32,000 nt of DNA from Horticoccus luteus (GTDB taxonomy: Bacteria > Verrucomicrobiota > Verrucomicrobiia > Opitutales > Opitutaceae), in the NCBI RefSeq assembly GCF_019464535.1, contig NZ_CP080507.1:3840001-3872000 (forward strand). The letters are read 5' to 3'. The notes under the pieces were generated by a model. It saw only the letters and a program-made list of their open reading frames with translations, ran no database searches and was not told where the DNA came from. The position numbers and the translations under genes were made by a program. Shown here piece after piece: positions 8,512 through 16,696 of this stretch; positions within the stretch are counted from its first letter, which is position 1; each line of letters opens with the position of its first letter.

Positions 8512-10158
8512 ATGATCCTCGACTACGGTTTCGCCTCCGACGTCGCGAGCCGCTCGTTTCGCCTCACCGCCAACGGCGCGCCGGTGAAGGTGGCGGAGAC
8601 GCCGCCGATGAGCGCCGCCGAACGCGCGCAACTCTGCGCGCACTACCGCACGCTGCCGTCGTATTGCCATATTTACGACGAGGCCGGGATGCACCTCCAC
8701 GTCGCGCATGTAGGCGCGGCGGGCGACGTCGAACTCACCGTCGAAACCGAGCACGAGATTCGCGCGTTCAACGTGCTGCCGCACCGGCGCGGCGGCGCCC
8801 GTCGCTGCACGGGACGCCGCCTCACTTTCACAAGCGGCATCGACGCCCCGCGCTATTTCATCGTCCGCGTCGACGCGTTGCCGCCGCTCATGATCGTGAT
8901 CGACGATCCCGTTCTCGACGCCTGTCCGGCCGATCCATCCTCGGTCGTCGACGCGACGTCCTTCCTCACCTCAACGTGCGCGACCAGCGACCGTTTGCCC
9001 CAAGGCCCGGAGAGCGCACGCATCCCGCGCGCTGCCGTCGACGTCCCGCCCAAGTCGTCCGCGCATGTCACGTCGTCCATTGATCACACGGCCGATCTGC
9101 AGCGCGCCCTCGCCGCCGTCGACGGCACGGGTCGCACCCTCGTTGTGCCGCCGGGCGTTTACACCATCTCGCAACTTCACCTGCGCGGCGCCCGCGACTT
9201 TCGCCTCCATCTCGCCGCCGGATGCCTGATCAAAGTCCGCCCCAGCGCGCCCGGCGCCAACGAGCACCGCCATGGTCTCTGGCTGGAAAACTGCGAACGC
9301 GTTTCCATCACCGGCCTCGGCTGCATCGATCACCAAGCCTACGAACATTTCGCCGTCGCGGGAAACGACTACCAGCACGGCCTGGTCGATTACTACACGG
9401 CCAACGACCTCGCGCCGTGGATCACGCAATCCCCCCTCTTCATCACCGGCTCGCGCCACATCGCAATCACCGGCGTCACCCTTCGCAACGGCCGCAACTT
9501 CAACCTCAATTGCCGCAACTGCGACGACGTGCAAATCCGGCACGTCAAAATCCTCACGCCGCCCGCCTGCACGCCCGAATACGCCGACGGCATCAACACC
9601 GGAAGCTGCCAGCGTGTGCTCATCGAGGATTGTCTGGTCGCCGCCAACGACGACGCGTTTGCCTCCGGCCACTACTTCTCATCCTACGATCGCCGCCCTG
9701 CCTCCCATCACGTCGTCCGCCGCCTCCTCGGCTGGAATCTCCGCGGCAGCGGCGTGCGCCTCGGATTTTACGCCGCGCACGATCAAGGCGACTTCGTCTT
9801 CGACCAGTGCGACTTCGTCGGCCAGGCCCACACCTCCGTGCTGGTTCACGCCTTGCAACGTCGCCCGGACGGTTCGCCGGCCCGCTACGGCACGATCCGC
9901 TTTGAAAACTGCTGCTTCGATGCGGCCCACCTGCACACGTTGCTCAGCATCGAAGGCGCGACGATCGAGCGCCTGGAATTTTGCCGCGTCGCTTTCGACG
10001 ACGCGCCAGCCTCCCTCGCGGTCGACCTGGCCGGTGCGCCGGACCATCCTATCGCGGCGCTGCTTTTCGCGGACGTGACCGTAAACGGCCGTCTCGTTCG
10101 CTCCCCCGCCGATCTCCCCGGCCGCATCGCGCACGTCGCCCGCGTGGAATTTCGCTGA
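8512..10158 (+). CDS. right-handed beta-helix glycoside hydrolase, GH28-like (polygalacturonase-type)
   Basis: ATG at 8512 (MILDYGF...). Repetitive beta-helix turns (ITGLGCIDHQ, ITGVTLRNGRNFNL, IRHVKIL) and the motif series ADGINTGS / NDDAFASGH / VRLG resemble GH28 NTD / GDD / GHG / RIK. Confidence 0.7.
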   Translation: MILDYGFASDVASRSFRLTANGAPVKVAETPPMSAAERAQLCAHYRTLPSYCHIYDEAGMHLHVAHVGAAGDVELTVETEHEIRAFNVLPHRRGGARRCTGRRLTFTSGIDAPRYFIVRVDALPPLMIVIDDPVLDACPADPSSVVDATSFLTSTCATSDRLPQGPESARIPRAAVDVPPKSSAHVTSSIDHTADLQRALAAVDGTGRTLVVPPGVYTISQLHLRGARDFRLHLAAGCLIKVRPSAPGANEHRHGLWLENCERVSITGLGCIDHQAYEHFAVAGNDYQHGLVDYYTANDLAPWITQSPLFITGSRHIAITGVTLRNGRNFNLNCRNCDDVQIRHVKILTPPACTPEYADGINTGSCQRVLIEDCLVAANDDAFASGHYFSSYDRRPASHHVVRRLLGWNLRGSGVRLGFYAAHDQGDFVFDQCDFVGQAHTSVLVHALQRRPDGSPARYGTIRFENCCFDAAHLHTLLSIEGATIERLEFCRVAFDDAPASLAVDLAGAPDHPIAALLFADVTVNGRLVRSPADLPGRIAHVARVEFR

Positions 10159-10215
10159 CTCCTCGACACGCCGCGCAAGAGCCCGGCGCGACGCGCTGCT
10201 CCCCAGCGGGGTTGA

Positions 10216-12120
10216 TCAATTCACGCCGGCGGCCGGATGCGCGCGATCGAGCGTGTCGTCGCTCCGCGGCGCATACGGCTCGATCGCCGCCCGCAATTCC
10301 GCGAGCTTTGCCGGCTTGGCGATGAAGCCGTTCATCCCCGCCTCCACGCAACGATTGCGCTCCTCCACGAGTGCCGCCGCGGTCAACGCCACGACCGGCA
10401 ACACCGAGGCGCGCCGCCGCTGCTCGTCGGGCTCCGTCGCCCACGCGCGCAGCCGCCGCGTGGTTTCCCAACCGTCGAGTTTCGGCATGTGGCAATCCAT
10501 CAGCACCACATTCGGCAACGCCCCTCCCACCAACGCCGCGAGCGCTTCCTCTCCATTTTGCGCGAGTGTATAGCGGCAGCCGAGCGTCATGAGCTGCGCC
10601 GCGAGGATGCGTTGATTCACCAGATTGTCCTCCACGATCAGCACATCCAGATTGAGATCGCCGCCGGGTGTTTCCGCGACGATCTCCTTTTCTGCTTCGG
10701 CCGCGCGCGGAAACGTGAGCGTGAAGAAAAACGCCGAGCCGCGTCCCGGCGTGCTTTCGACTTCCAGCGCTCCGTGCATCAAACGCACCAGATGCCCGCT
10801 GATCGCGAGCCCCAGACCGCTGCCGCCGAAGCGCCGCGTGGTCGACGTATCCGCCTGCATGAAGCGCTCGAACAGTCGCGCGAGCGTCCCTTTGTCCATG
10901 CCGATCCCGGTGTCGCGCACTTCGAAGCGCACTCGCAACGGTTGCCCCGGCTCGTCGGCGCCTTCGATGCTCACCGTCATCCGCACTTCGCCGCCGGGCG
11001 GGGTGAATTTCACGGCGTTCGACAACAAATTGAGCAACACCTGCCGCAAGCGGTAGCTGTCGCCGACGACCGGTCCCGCCAACGCTTTCGCCACCGCCAG
11101 GCTCAGTTGCACGCCCCCGTTCACGGCGTTGCTCTGCACGAGCGCCACGGTGTCGGTGATCAAGGTATCGAGCACAAACGCCCGCTGCTCCAGCTCCAGC
11201 TGGCCCGCCTCGATCTTCGAGAAATCCAGGATATCCCCGATCAATCGCACGAGATGGTCGCTGGAATCCACGATCATCCTCACCTGATCCGCCGCTCCTT
11301 CGACGAGATCCTTCCGCTGGTGCAGCAAATCCGCCGACGCCACGATGCCGTTCAGCGGCGTGCGAATCTCATGGCTCATGTTGGCCAGGAATTCGCTCTT
11401 CGCCCGCGTCGATTCCTCCGCCCGCCGCGTCGCCTCCTCCAGCTCGTGCGTGCGCGCCGACACGAGGCGTTCGAGATTCGCGTTCAACGCCCGCGTCTCC
11501 CGCAGCGCCTGCTCACTCCGCGCCTGCGCCGCCTCCACAATGCGCATGAGGGCGAGCCCCAGGCACAACATGCCGACGAGCGCCGCCAACCCATCGCGCA
11601 GCACCATGTCCGCCGCGAACCGCAGGGATCCGGCGATCGGATCCGCCGCCAGGCCGTGCGCGTAGAGCCAGCCCAGCCCCACGGCGCCCGCCGCAAACAA
11701 CACCAACGCCAGCGACCGCCGCGCAAAGACCAGCGTGAAGAGCAAAAACGTCGTGTCGGAGATCACGAGTTGCATCGCCGCGCTCACGGGCTGGCCAAAC
11801 GGCGCGTGAAATAAAAAGAGCGCCGCATGCGTCGGCACCAGAAACGCCAATGCCAGCCAATCGCCCGCGCGCTGCAGCTTGCCTCTCCACAACAAGGTCA
11901 GCGCTCCCACCGTGCCGATGAAGAAGCAGCCCATGAAAAACAACCGCAACGCGAGTCCCGGCGGGTGCACCCACAGCAACTTCACCAAGTTCGCCGGCAA
12001 CCCGATCAGCAGCAGTCCGCACACCACCGCCAGCGACCGCGCCTTCAACCGCGTGAAATACGATTCCTCCCGATAAACTTCGTCGAGCCGGGCCGCGAGG
12101 GATTTGAGAGGACGCAGCAT
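10216..12120 (-). CDS. hybrid sensor histidine kinase/response regulator (multi-TM sensor, HisKA, HATPase_c, REC)
   Basis: About 190 aa of TM helices, a coiled linker, H-box SHEIRTPLNG, N/G boxes (LLNLLSNAVKFT, DTGIGM, GGSGLGLAI), and a C-terminal receiver (VLIVEDNLVNQ ... LMDCHMPKLDG). Confidence 0.9.
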   Translation of the reverse strand: MLRPLKSLAARLDEVYREESYFTRLKARSLAVVCGLLLIGLPANLVKLLWVHPPGLALRLFFMGCFFIGTVGALTLLWRGKLQRAGDWLALAFLVPTHAALFLFHAPFGQPVSAAMQLVISDTTFLLFTLVFARRSLALVLFAAGAVGLGWLYAHGLAADPIAGSLRFAADMVLRDGLAALVGMLCLGLALMRIVEAAQARSEQALRETRALNANLERLVSARTHELEEATRRAEESTRAKSEFLANMSHEIRTPLNGIVASADLLHQRKDLVEGAADQVRMIVDSSDHLVRLIGDILDFSKIEAGQLELEQRAFVLDTLITDTVALVQSNAVNGGVQLSLAVAKALAGPVVGDSYRLRQVLLNLLSNAVKFTPPGGEVRMTVSIEGADEPGQPLRVRFEVRDTGIGMDKGTLARLFERFMQADTSTTRRFGGSGLGLAISGHLVRLMHGALEVESTPGRGSAFFFTLTFPRAAEAEKEIVAETPGGDLNLDVLIVEDNLVNQRILAAQLMTLGCRYTLAQNGEEALAALVGGALPNVVLMDCHMPKLDGWETTRRLRAWATEPDEQRRRASVLPVVALTAAALVEERNRCVEAGMNGFIAKPAKLAELRAAIEPYAPRSDDTLDRAHPAAGVN

Positions 12121-12264
12121 GGCGCGGGTTTACTGCGTTACAGAACAGAACCGCCCGTTGCTGCCACGCAAAAAAGGACGGCCCGCCCACGACTCACTCG
12201 CGTCATACGGTGGGTGCCCTTCACGACCCGCCCCGCCCAGCCCCGCGTTGCGTGGCGCCGCTCG

Positions 12265-12933
12265 TCACGGTTTCACGCCCCACGCATCCACCCACAGATG
12301 GCGCGCCCGCGTCTGGATCTGCGTGAAGCCGGCATGCGTCAGATACGTCTCCAGCTCCTGCGGCGTGGAGCATTTCGCGATATGCGTCGGCCGCTCGCCC
12401 GGCTTGAACGCCCGGCGATGCGTCTCGAAAAATTCCCAGCCCGGCGCCGTGAGGATGTTGACGTTGTCGCACCAAAACCGCCCGCCCGGCCGCAACACGC
12501 GGAACGCCTCTTCGATATACGTATAGCGATCCCACTCGTCGAGATGCATGAACACCACCGTCGAATACACCACGTCGAGACTCGCGTCCGCGATGCCTTC
12601 CAGCCCGTGGCCCGACACCTCCACCAGCTTCACGTTGCTCAACGCCGCCAGCCGCTCCCGCGCGTGCCGCAGCATTTCGCCCGCACAATCGCACCCCGTC
12701 CAACTCCGCACGAGCGGACTCAACGCCTTGCCGACGCGGCCCACGCCGCACCCAATCTCCAGAAAATCGTCCGTCGTCCGGATGCCCGTCGTCGCCTGCA
12801 AATAGGCGATGGTGTCCTTCGCCGTCGCATCGACGCTCGCCTCGTCCGTGCTGCCGCCCACGTAAAGCAAGGCGTCCGCCCGCGTCTTCGACAACGCATT
12901 CCACGTGCCCTTGTAGTCTGACCGATTGCTCAT
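12265..12933 (-). CDS. class I SAM-dependent methyltransferase
   Basis: Motif I FLEIGCGVGRVG, post-I acidic residue, and VVYSTVVFMHL and LRPGGRF motifs. Confidence 0.85.
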   Translation of the reverse strand: MSNRSDYKGTWNALSKTRADALLYVGGSTDEASVDATAKDTIAYLQATTGIRTTDDFLEIGCGVGRVGKALSPLVRSWTGCDCAGEMLRHARERLAALSNVKLVEVSGHGLEGIADASLDVVYSTVVFMHLDEWDRYTYIEEAFRVLRPGGRFWCDNVNILTAPGWEFFETHRRAFKPGERPTHIAKCSTPQELETYLTHAGFTQIQTRARHLWVDAWGVKP

Positions 12934-13040
12934 AAATAAAGTTAAACGTTACCCCGGCGAGGAGATGAAAGTGCGTCCTGAACTGCGGACGAACCGGCGG
13001 CTTGGCAACTGCGTTCGCCGCGCCATTCCTGCTCCGTCTG

Positions 13041-13652
13041 TTACGCGCCGCTCCGGTTGTTTTTCGCCAGCACGCCCGCGATCAGCGCGAGCACCGCCGC
13101 CCGCCCCGTCCCCGACTTCGCCGAACTCACGACAAACTCCGGCGGCACCTCCTGCCACTCCGCCACCGCCCGCAGAAACACATTCACGTTTTCCTGCGTC
13201 CTGGTCGCCGACTGCTTGTCGGCTTTCGTGAACACCAGCGCATACGAGACCCGGCAGCCGCCGATCCAGCGCAAGAAATCCAGATCGATCCGCTGCGGCG
13301 GCAAACGCGAATCGATGAGCACCAGCACCAACTGCAACTGCCGCCGCTGCCCGATGAAATCCGCCACCGCCTCGTTGAACTCCAACCGCCGCTGCTTGCC
13401 GACTTCCGCGTAACCGTAGCCCGGCAGATCGACCAGCGCCCACGCGCGATTGATCACGAAGAAATTGATCAACTTCGTCTTGCCCGGCGTATCGGACACC
13501 TTCGCCAGATCCCGCCGCTCCGTCAGCGCATTGATCAGCGATGATTTGCCGACATTCGACCGCCCGATCATCGCGAATTCCGGCAACGCCCATTCCGGAC
13601 AACCCCGCAGGTTGGGCGCACTGACTTCAAACTCCGCCGATTTGATCTTCAT
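13041..13652 (-). CDS. engB: ribosome-biogenesis GTP-binding protein EngB/YihA (YsxC)
   Basis: G1 GRSNVGKSSLINAL, G3 DLPGYGYA, G4 TKADK. Size and N-terminal layout are typical of EngB. Confidence 0.9.
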   Translation of the reverse strand: MKIKSAEFEVSAPNLRGCPEWALPEFAMIGRSNVGKSSLINALTERRDLAKVSDTPGKTKLINFFVINRAWALVDLPGYGYAEVGKQRRLEFNEAVADFIGQRRQLQLVLVLIDSRLPPQRIDLDFLRWIGGCRVSYALVFTKADKQSATRTQENVNVFLRAVAEWQEVPPEFVVSSAKSGTGRAAVLALIAGVLAKNNRSGA

Positions 13653-13676
13653 AAATTAAACGCCTCCCGCCGCCGC

Positions 13677-14966
13677 TCACGCGCCCGGCTCGTCTGCCGC
13701 CGAATCGCTCGCCGCCGCGTTGTCCTCCGCCGGTTCGCCGCGCGCCAGCGCCTCGCGAAACTTGTCCTTCTTGCTCTTGCGCCGACCCTTCACGCCGCCG
13801 GTCCCGCTCGGCGCCGCCGCGGCCAGCTCCACCGGCTCAAACCCCGCGATCTGCTCCCGCGCAATTGCCAGCCGCTGCCGTTTCTCGATCAACCGGAAAT
13901 GCGGAAACGTCGCCGCGCTCACGAAGCTCACCGCCACCCCGCGCTCGCCCGCCCGACCCGTGCGACCGATGCGATGCGTGTAATCCGTCGGCGACCGCGG
14001 CAGATCGTAGTTCACCACCACCGGCAGTTGCGCGATATCGAGTCCGCGGGCCGCCAGATCGGTCGCCACCAGCACGTGCAATTTTCCCGCCTTGAAATCC
14101 GCCAGCGCCAGAGTGCGCGCGCCCTGGCTCAACTCCCCGTGCCACGCCGCCGCCGCCAGACCAGCCCGCCGCAATTTTTCCGCCACATGCTCCGTCGCGT
14201 ATTTCGTCGCAACGAATACCAGCACCCGCGTCCAGCCCTCCGTCTGGATCAAGTGCCGCAACAACTGCGTGCGCCGCGGGGCATCGACTTCGATCGCCCG
14301 CTGCTCGATGTCCGGCGCCGACTCCGGCTCCGTCGCGACCGCCACCCGCACGGGTTCGCGCAACCAGCCCTGCGCGAGCGCCTCCACCTCCGGCGGAAAC
14401 GTCGCCGAAAACAACAGCGTCTGCCGCTGCGCCGGCATCAGGCGCTTGATGCGCGCCAGCTCGCCCGCAAATCCCAGCGCCAGCAGGCGGTCCGCCTCGT
14501 CGAGCACCAGCGTCGCCACGCCGCCGAGCGACACCGCGTTGTGCTCCACCAAATCCAGCAGCCGCCCCGGCGTCGCCACGAGAATATCCGCGCCCCCGCC
14601 CAGCGCCATCATCTGCGGGTTAATCGATACGCCGCCGTAAACCACGAGGGTCTTCAACGGCTCCGCCAGAAACCGTCCATAACGCCGAAACGCCTCGCCC
14701 ACCTGCGCCGCCAGCTCGCGCGTCGGCACCAGCACCAACGCCCGCACGAAGCGTCCGCCCGGCCGCCGGCCCGCCGAGAGCCGCTCCAGCATCGGCAGGG
14801 CAAACGCCGCCGTCTTGCCCGAACCCGTCTGCGCCGACGCCCACACATCCGCCCCGCGCAACACCGCCGGAATCGCCTCCGCTTGGATCGGCGTCGGCGC
14901 GTCGTAACCCTTCTCCGCCACAGCGCGCAACAACGGCACCGAAAGTTTGAGCGCGGTGAAGCTCAT
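13677..14966 (-). CDS. rhlE: DEAD-box ATP-dependent RNA helicase (RhlE-like)
   Basis: Q-motif region, motif I AQTGSGKT, motif II DEAD, motif III SAT, motif VI HRIGRTGRAG, and a basic C-terminal tail. Confidence 0.92.
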   Translation of the reverse strand: MSFTALKLSVPLLRAVAEKGYDAPTPIQAEAIPAVLRGADVWASAQTGSGKTAAFALPMLERLSAGRRPGGRFVRALVLVPTRELAAQVGEAFRRYGRFLAEPLKTLVVYGGVSINPQMMALGGGADILVATPGRLLDLVEHNAVSLGGVATLVLDEADRLLALGFAGELARIKRLMPAQRQTLLFSATFPPEVEALAQGWLREPVRVAVATEPESAPDIEQRAIEVDAPRRTQLLRHLIQTEGWTRVLVFVATKYATEHVAEKLRRAGLAAAAWHGELSQGARTLALADFKAGKLHVLVATDLAARGLDIAQLPVVVNYDLPRSPTDYTHRIGRTGRAGERGVAVSFVSAATFPHFRLIEKRQRLAIAREQIAGFEPVELAAAAPSGTGGVKGRRKSKKDKFREALARGEPAEDNAAASDSAADEPGA

Positions 14967-15156
14967 GCGGACACCCCTCCGTTTCGCCGACCCGTCCCAT
15001 CACCTTTTCCACCGCCGATCCGGCCGCTCATCGCATCACGCATTCCTTCGCCCATCGCATCGCCCGACGCGACCGCCCTCCCGCGCACAAGATCGACCCG
15101 CCGCCCCCGTTCTCCTCGTGCTCCGCGCCTTTTGCGAAGATTGGCCGCGCGCGCTG

Positions 15157-15396
15157 TCATCCGACTTTCACCACGATCGTCTGGCCTGCGATCGTCACGC
15201 GATCGCCCGCCACGAGTTGTTTCCGCTTCCGTGTTTCGAGCGCGCCGTTGAGCAGCACGCCACCCTCGGCGACGAGCTGCTTCGCCGCGCCACCGCTCTC
15301 CGCGAGCCCGCCGAATTTAATGAACTGGCACAACTCGATCGGCACCTCACGCACGGCCACCTCGCGTGGTTCGGAAGAAGCATTTGGATTCGCCAT
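15157..15396 (-). CDS. S4-domain RNA-binding protein (YbcJ-like)
   Basis: ATG at 15396 (MANPNASS...). The stretch IELCQFIKFGGLAESGGAAKQLVAEGGVLLNGALETRKRKQLVAGDRV is the small S4-like fold typical of YbcJ-family proteins. Confidence 0.75.
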   Translation of the reverse strand: MANPNASSEPREVAVREVPIELCQFIKFGGLAESGGAAKQLVAEGGVLLNGALETRKRKQLVAGDRVTIAGQTIVVKVG

Positions 15397-15479
15397 CGCG
15401 CACACGATTCACCGTGACCGCGAGTGAGTCGACGCTCGATTGCACCGGTGTCGACTGTTTGCGGGGCGTGCCGCGTGAA

Positions 15480-15731
15480 CCGCCGCGCGGCGGTTCGCGC
15501 CCATCCGCGGCGAACGCCCCCTCTCGACGGGCGAAAGCGAACGCCGCCGGCACGCGCGCCCGCGACCGGCGCAAGCGGTCGCCGTCCGGCGCTGCGTCCG
15601 CCCATCGGCGGTCGGAGGCCACTACAAAACGCATAAGTGGCGGTCGTAACCGCGGACGCCTCCGAAACGGGCTTGTTCAACCCGCGTCCCGCTGCGCGCT
15701 ACGGCGCAACAGAACGCTCAGAGTTCGGCTC
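15480..15731. repeat. Repeat A copy 1 (long form; conserved ~62-bp core at about 15670-15731, attC-like core 15675-15729)
   Basis: Starts with the 14-bp palindrome CCGCCGCGCGGCGG. Aligns with 19636-19861 along its length (with indels) and with 17700-17862 (more divergent). Core: GTTCAAC cc GCGT ccc GCTGCGC gctacg GCGCAAC aga ACGC tcaga GTTCGGC. The stop codon of ORF 15718-16275 lies inside it. Confidence 0.85.
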
Positions 15732-16275
15732 TGGTTTTCTTTTCTGTTTTTTGGGTGTTCGCATTTACAGATGGCGAAAAAATAAAAAATAATAAAAACA
15801 GCCAGCCGACCCAAGGTATGACGTAGAAAAAAATCATGTAAGGCGAATTACCTAAGTCTCTAGCTCTTTTGATGTGCGCACAAATAAAAGTCCATCCGCT
15901 GAGAATGAAAAACGGCAGACATAAAATTATGGCTAAATCGCCACCGCTGCTGTAATAGCCTTGACCTTGGGACTTGATAATTACTCCGCCGAGGATAAAA
16001 ATAAATGCGCAGCAAAATAGTAAGATCGTGAATATGGATCTTGGGATTTTTCCGTAGGGTGAAAAGAGAATCGATGCGATTCCGACTCCAATAGTCGCTG
16101 TTGCATATCCTCGTTCGGCTTTTAGTAACTGTTCGGCGCGAAATCTTAAGTAATTTGCCTTGGCTTTCTTTTCATCACCTTCGGAAAAGGCCATGGCCTT
16201 AACCCAAATGCCTTGAGATACTTGCTGGGTCTGAAGCTCTTGGAGAGCGGCATTATATGCGTTTTCTTCGGTCAT
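15718..16275 (-). CDS. DUF805-like inner-membrane protein with a soluble N-terminal segment (island cargo 1)
   Basis: AT-rich ORF. Start at ATG 16275 (MTEENAY...) or the in-frame ATG 16293 (MPGQNTM...) inside repeat B. The C-terminal half has about 4 TM segments and the RARDLGNSPYMIFFYVIPWVGWLFLLF motif typical of DUF805/YhaH-type proteins (from memory). Confidence 0.7.
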   Translation of the reverse strand: MTEENAYNAALQELQTQQVSQGIWVKAMAFSEGDEKKAKANYLRFRAEQLLKAERGYATATIGVGIASILFSPYGKIPRSIFTILLFCCAFIFILGGVIIKSQGQGYYSSGGDLAIILCLPFFILSGWTFICAHIKRARDLGNSPYMIFFYVIPWVGWLFLLFFIFSPSVNANTQKTEKKTRAEL

Positions 16276-16291
16276 GGTATTTTGCCCAGGC

Positions 16292-16297
16292 ATTATA
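16292..16297 (-). promoter_or_regulatory. perfect -10 hexamer TATAAT facing out of repeat B1 into cargo ORF 1
   Basis: The minus strand reads gcagcTATAATGcctgggcaaaataccATG. No convincing -35 at 16-18 bp. The same arrangement occurs at 18524-18529. Confidence 0.3.
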
Positions 16298-16422
16298 GCT
16301 GCGATGAAGGAGCGGAAAGCGAAGAGGGTGCTTGTCCCCGGTGAACGCGGGTTACCCTCGAATAGCGCCGATCCGCAGGGGTGTGGCGTGTAACCGAAAC
16401 AACCAAAACCAGAGGCAAGCAC

Positions 16423-16696
16423 ATGAAGCTCAAGCAAAGATACGTGGGCCTGGATGTCCACAAAGATACTATCACGATAGCGACGGCGGAAGGCAGCCGC
16501 GAAGGCGAGTTGCGCGTGTATGGACGGGTGAGTTCAGACCTGCGGATGTTGGAGAAGACGTTGCGCAAGATTCGGATATCGAGATCAATGCGAACGTCTT
16601 TCGTCGAGCTTGGAAACGTGGCGTGCGCAACGTGCTCGGGCGGGGGTGCCCGCAATTCGCTTCGTTTGTCAAGAGTCAAGGCGTGCGGTTTTATGG
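16423..16696 (+). pseudogene. IS110-family transposase, N-terminal fragment
   Basis: The YVGLDVHKDTI signature contains the first catalytic Asp of DEDD transposases. The reading frame degenerates after about 60 codons, and homology to copy 2 ends at 16696. There is a 2-nt indel relative to copy 2. Confidence 0.75.

Larger units (their letters stand above)
16284..16696 (+). mobile_element. Repeat B copy 1: IS110-family element 5' fragment (about 139-bp non-coding leader plus the first ~91 transposase codons), truncated
   Basis: Roughly 90% identical by eye to 18516-18926, with the same left boundary (GCCCAGGCATTATAGC) and right boundary (GGTTTTATGG). Encodes MKLKQRYVGLDVHKDTITIATAEG..., the DEDD/RuvC-like N-terminus of IS110-family transposases. 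Confidence 0.8.

Noticed and set aside
7316-8512. Long ORFs antisense to or overlapping strong genes. Examples: 7316-8512(-), 7237-8328(+), 10237-11814(+), 11827-12921(+), 13899-15251(+), 21900-23207(+), 27045-28094(-), 28360-29910(-), 29396-30121(-), 30304-31002(-).
   Set aside because: They are Arg/Pro/Gly/Ala-rich with no motifs, and each overlaps a CDS that has clear family signatures on the other strand or frame. These are typical open-frame artefacts of GC-rich DNA.
15195-15680. Similar minus-strand peptides encoded by repeat A copies (MNKPVSEASAVTTATYAFCSG... at 15195-15680 and MNKLGTKAAAAPTAAYAFCSG... at 19601-19810).
   Set aside because: The similarity just reflects DNA conservation. 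The starts are TTG inside the GTTGAAC core, a 2-nt indel breaks the common frame, and the composition is GC-frame-like (R/P/G/A).
15670-15731. Repeat A core as a duplicated tRNA or tmRNA 3' end (the classic genomic-island att site), because of GTTCAACCCGC.
   Set aside because: No 5-bp T-stem with a 7-nt T-loop, acceptor stem or CCA context can be drawn, and no tRNA cloverleaf lies adjacent to any copy.
16276-16461. A shared 56-aa N-terminal extension (MDIQAHVSLLELHVLASGFGC...IAAIMPG) on both cargo ORFs 15718-16461 and 17830-18693, suggestive of a polymorphic protein with a common N-terminus.
   Set aside because: It is the mirror frame of the IS110 transposase start region and begins at GTG. 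The TPR protein has its own N-terminal signal peptide starting at the downstream ATG (18507), which would not work if internal.
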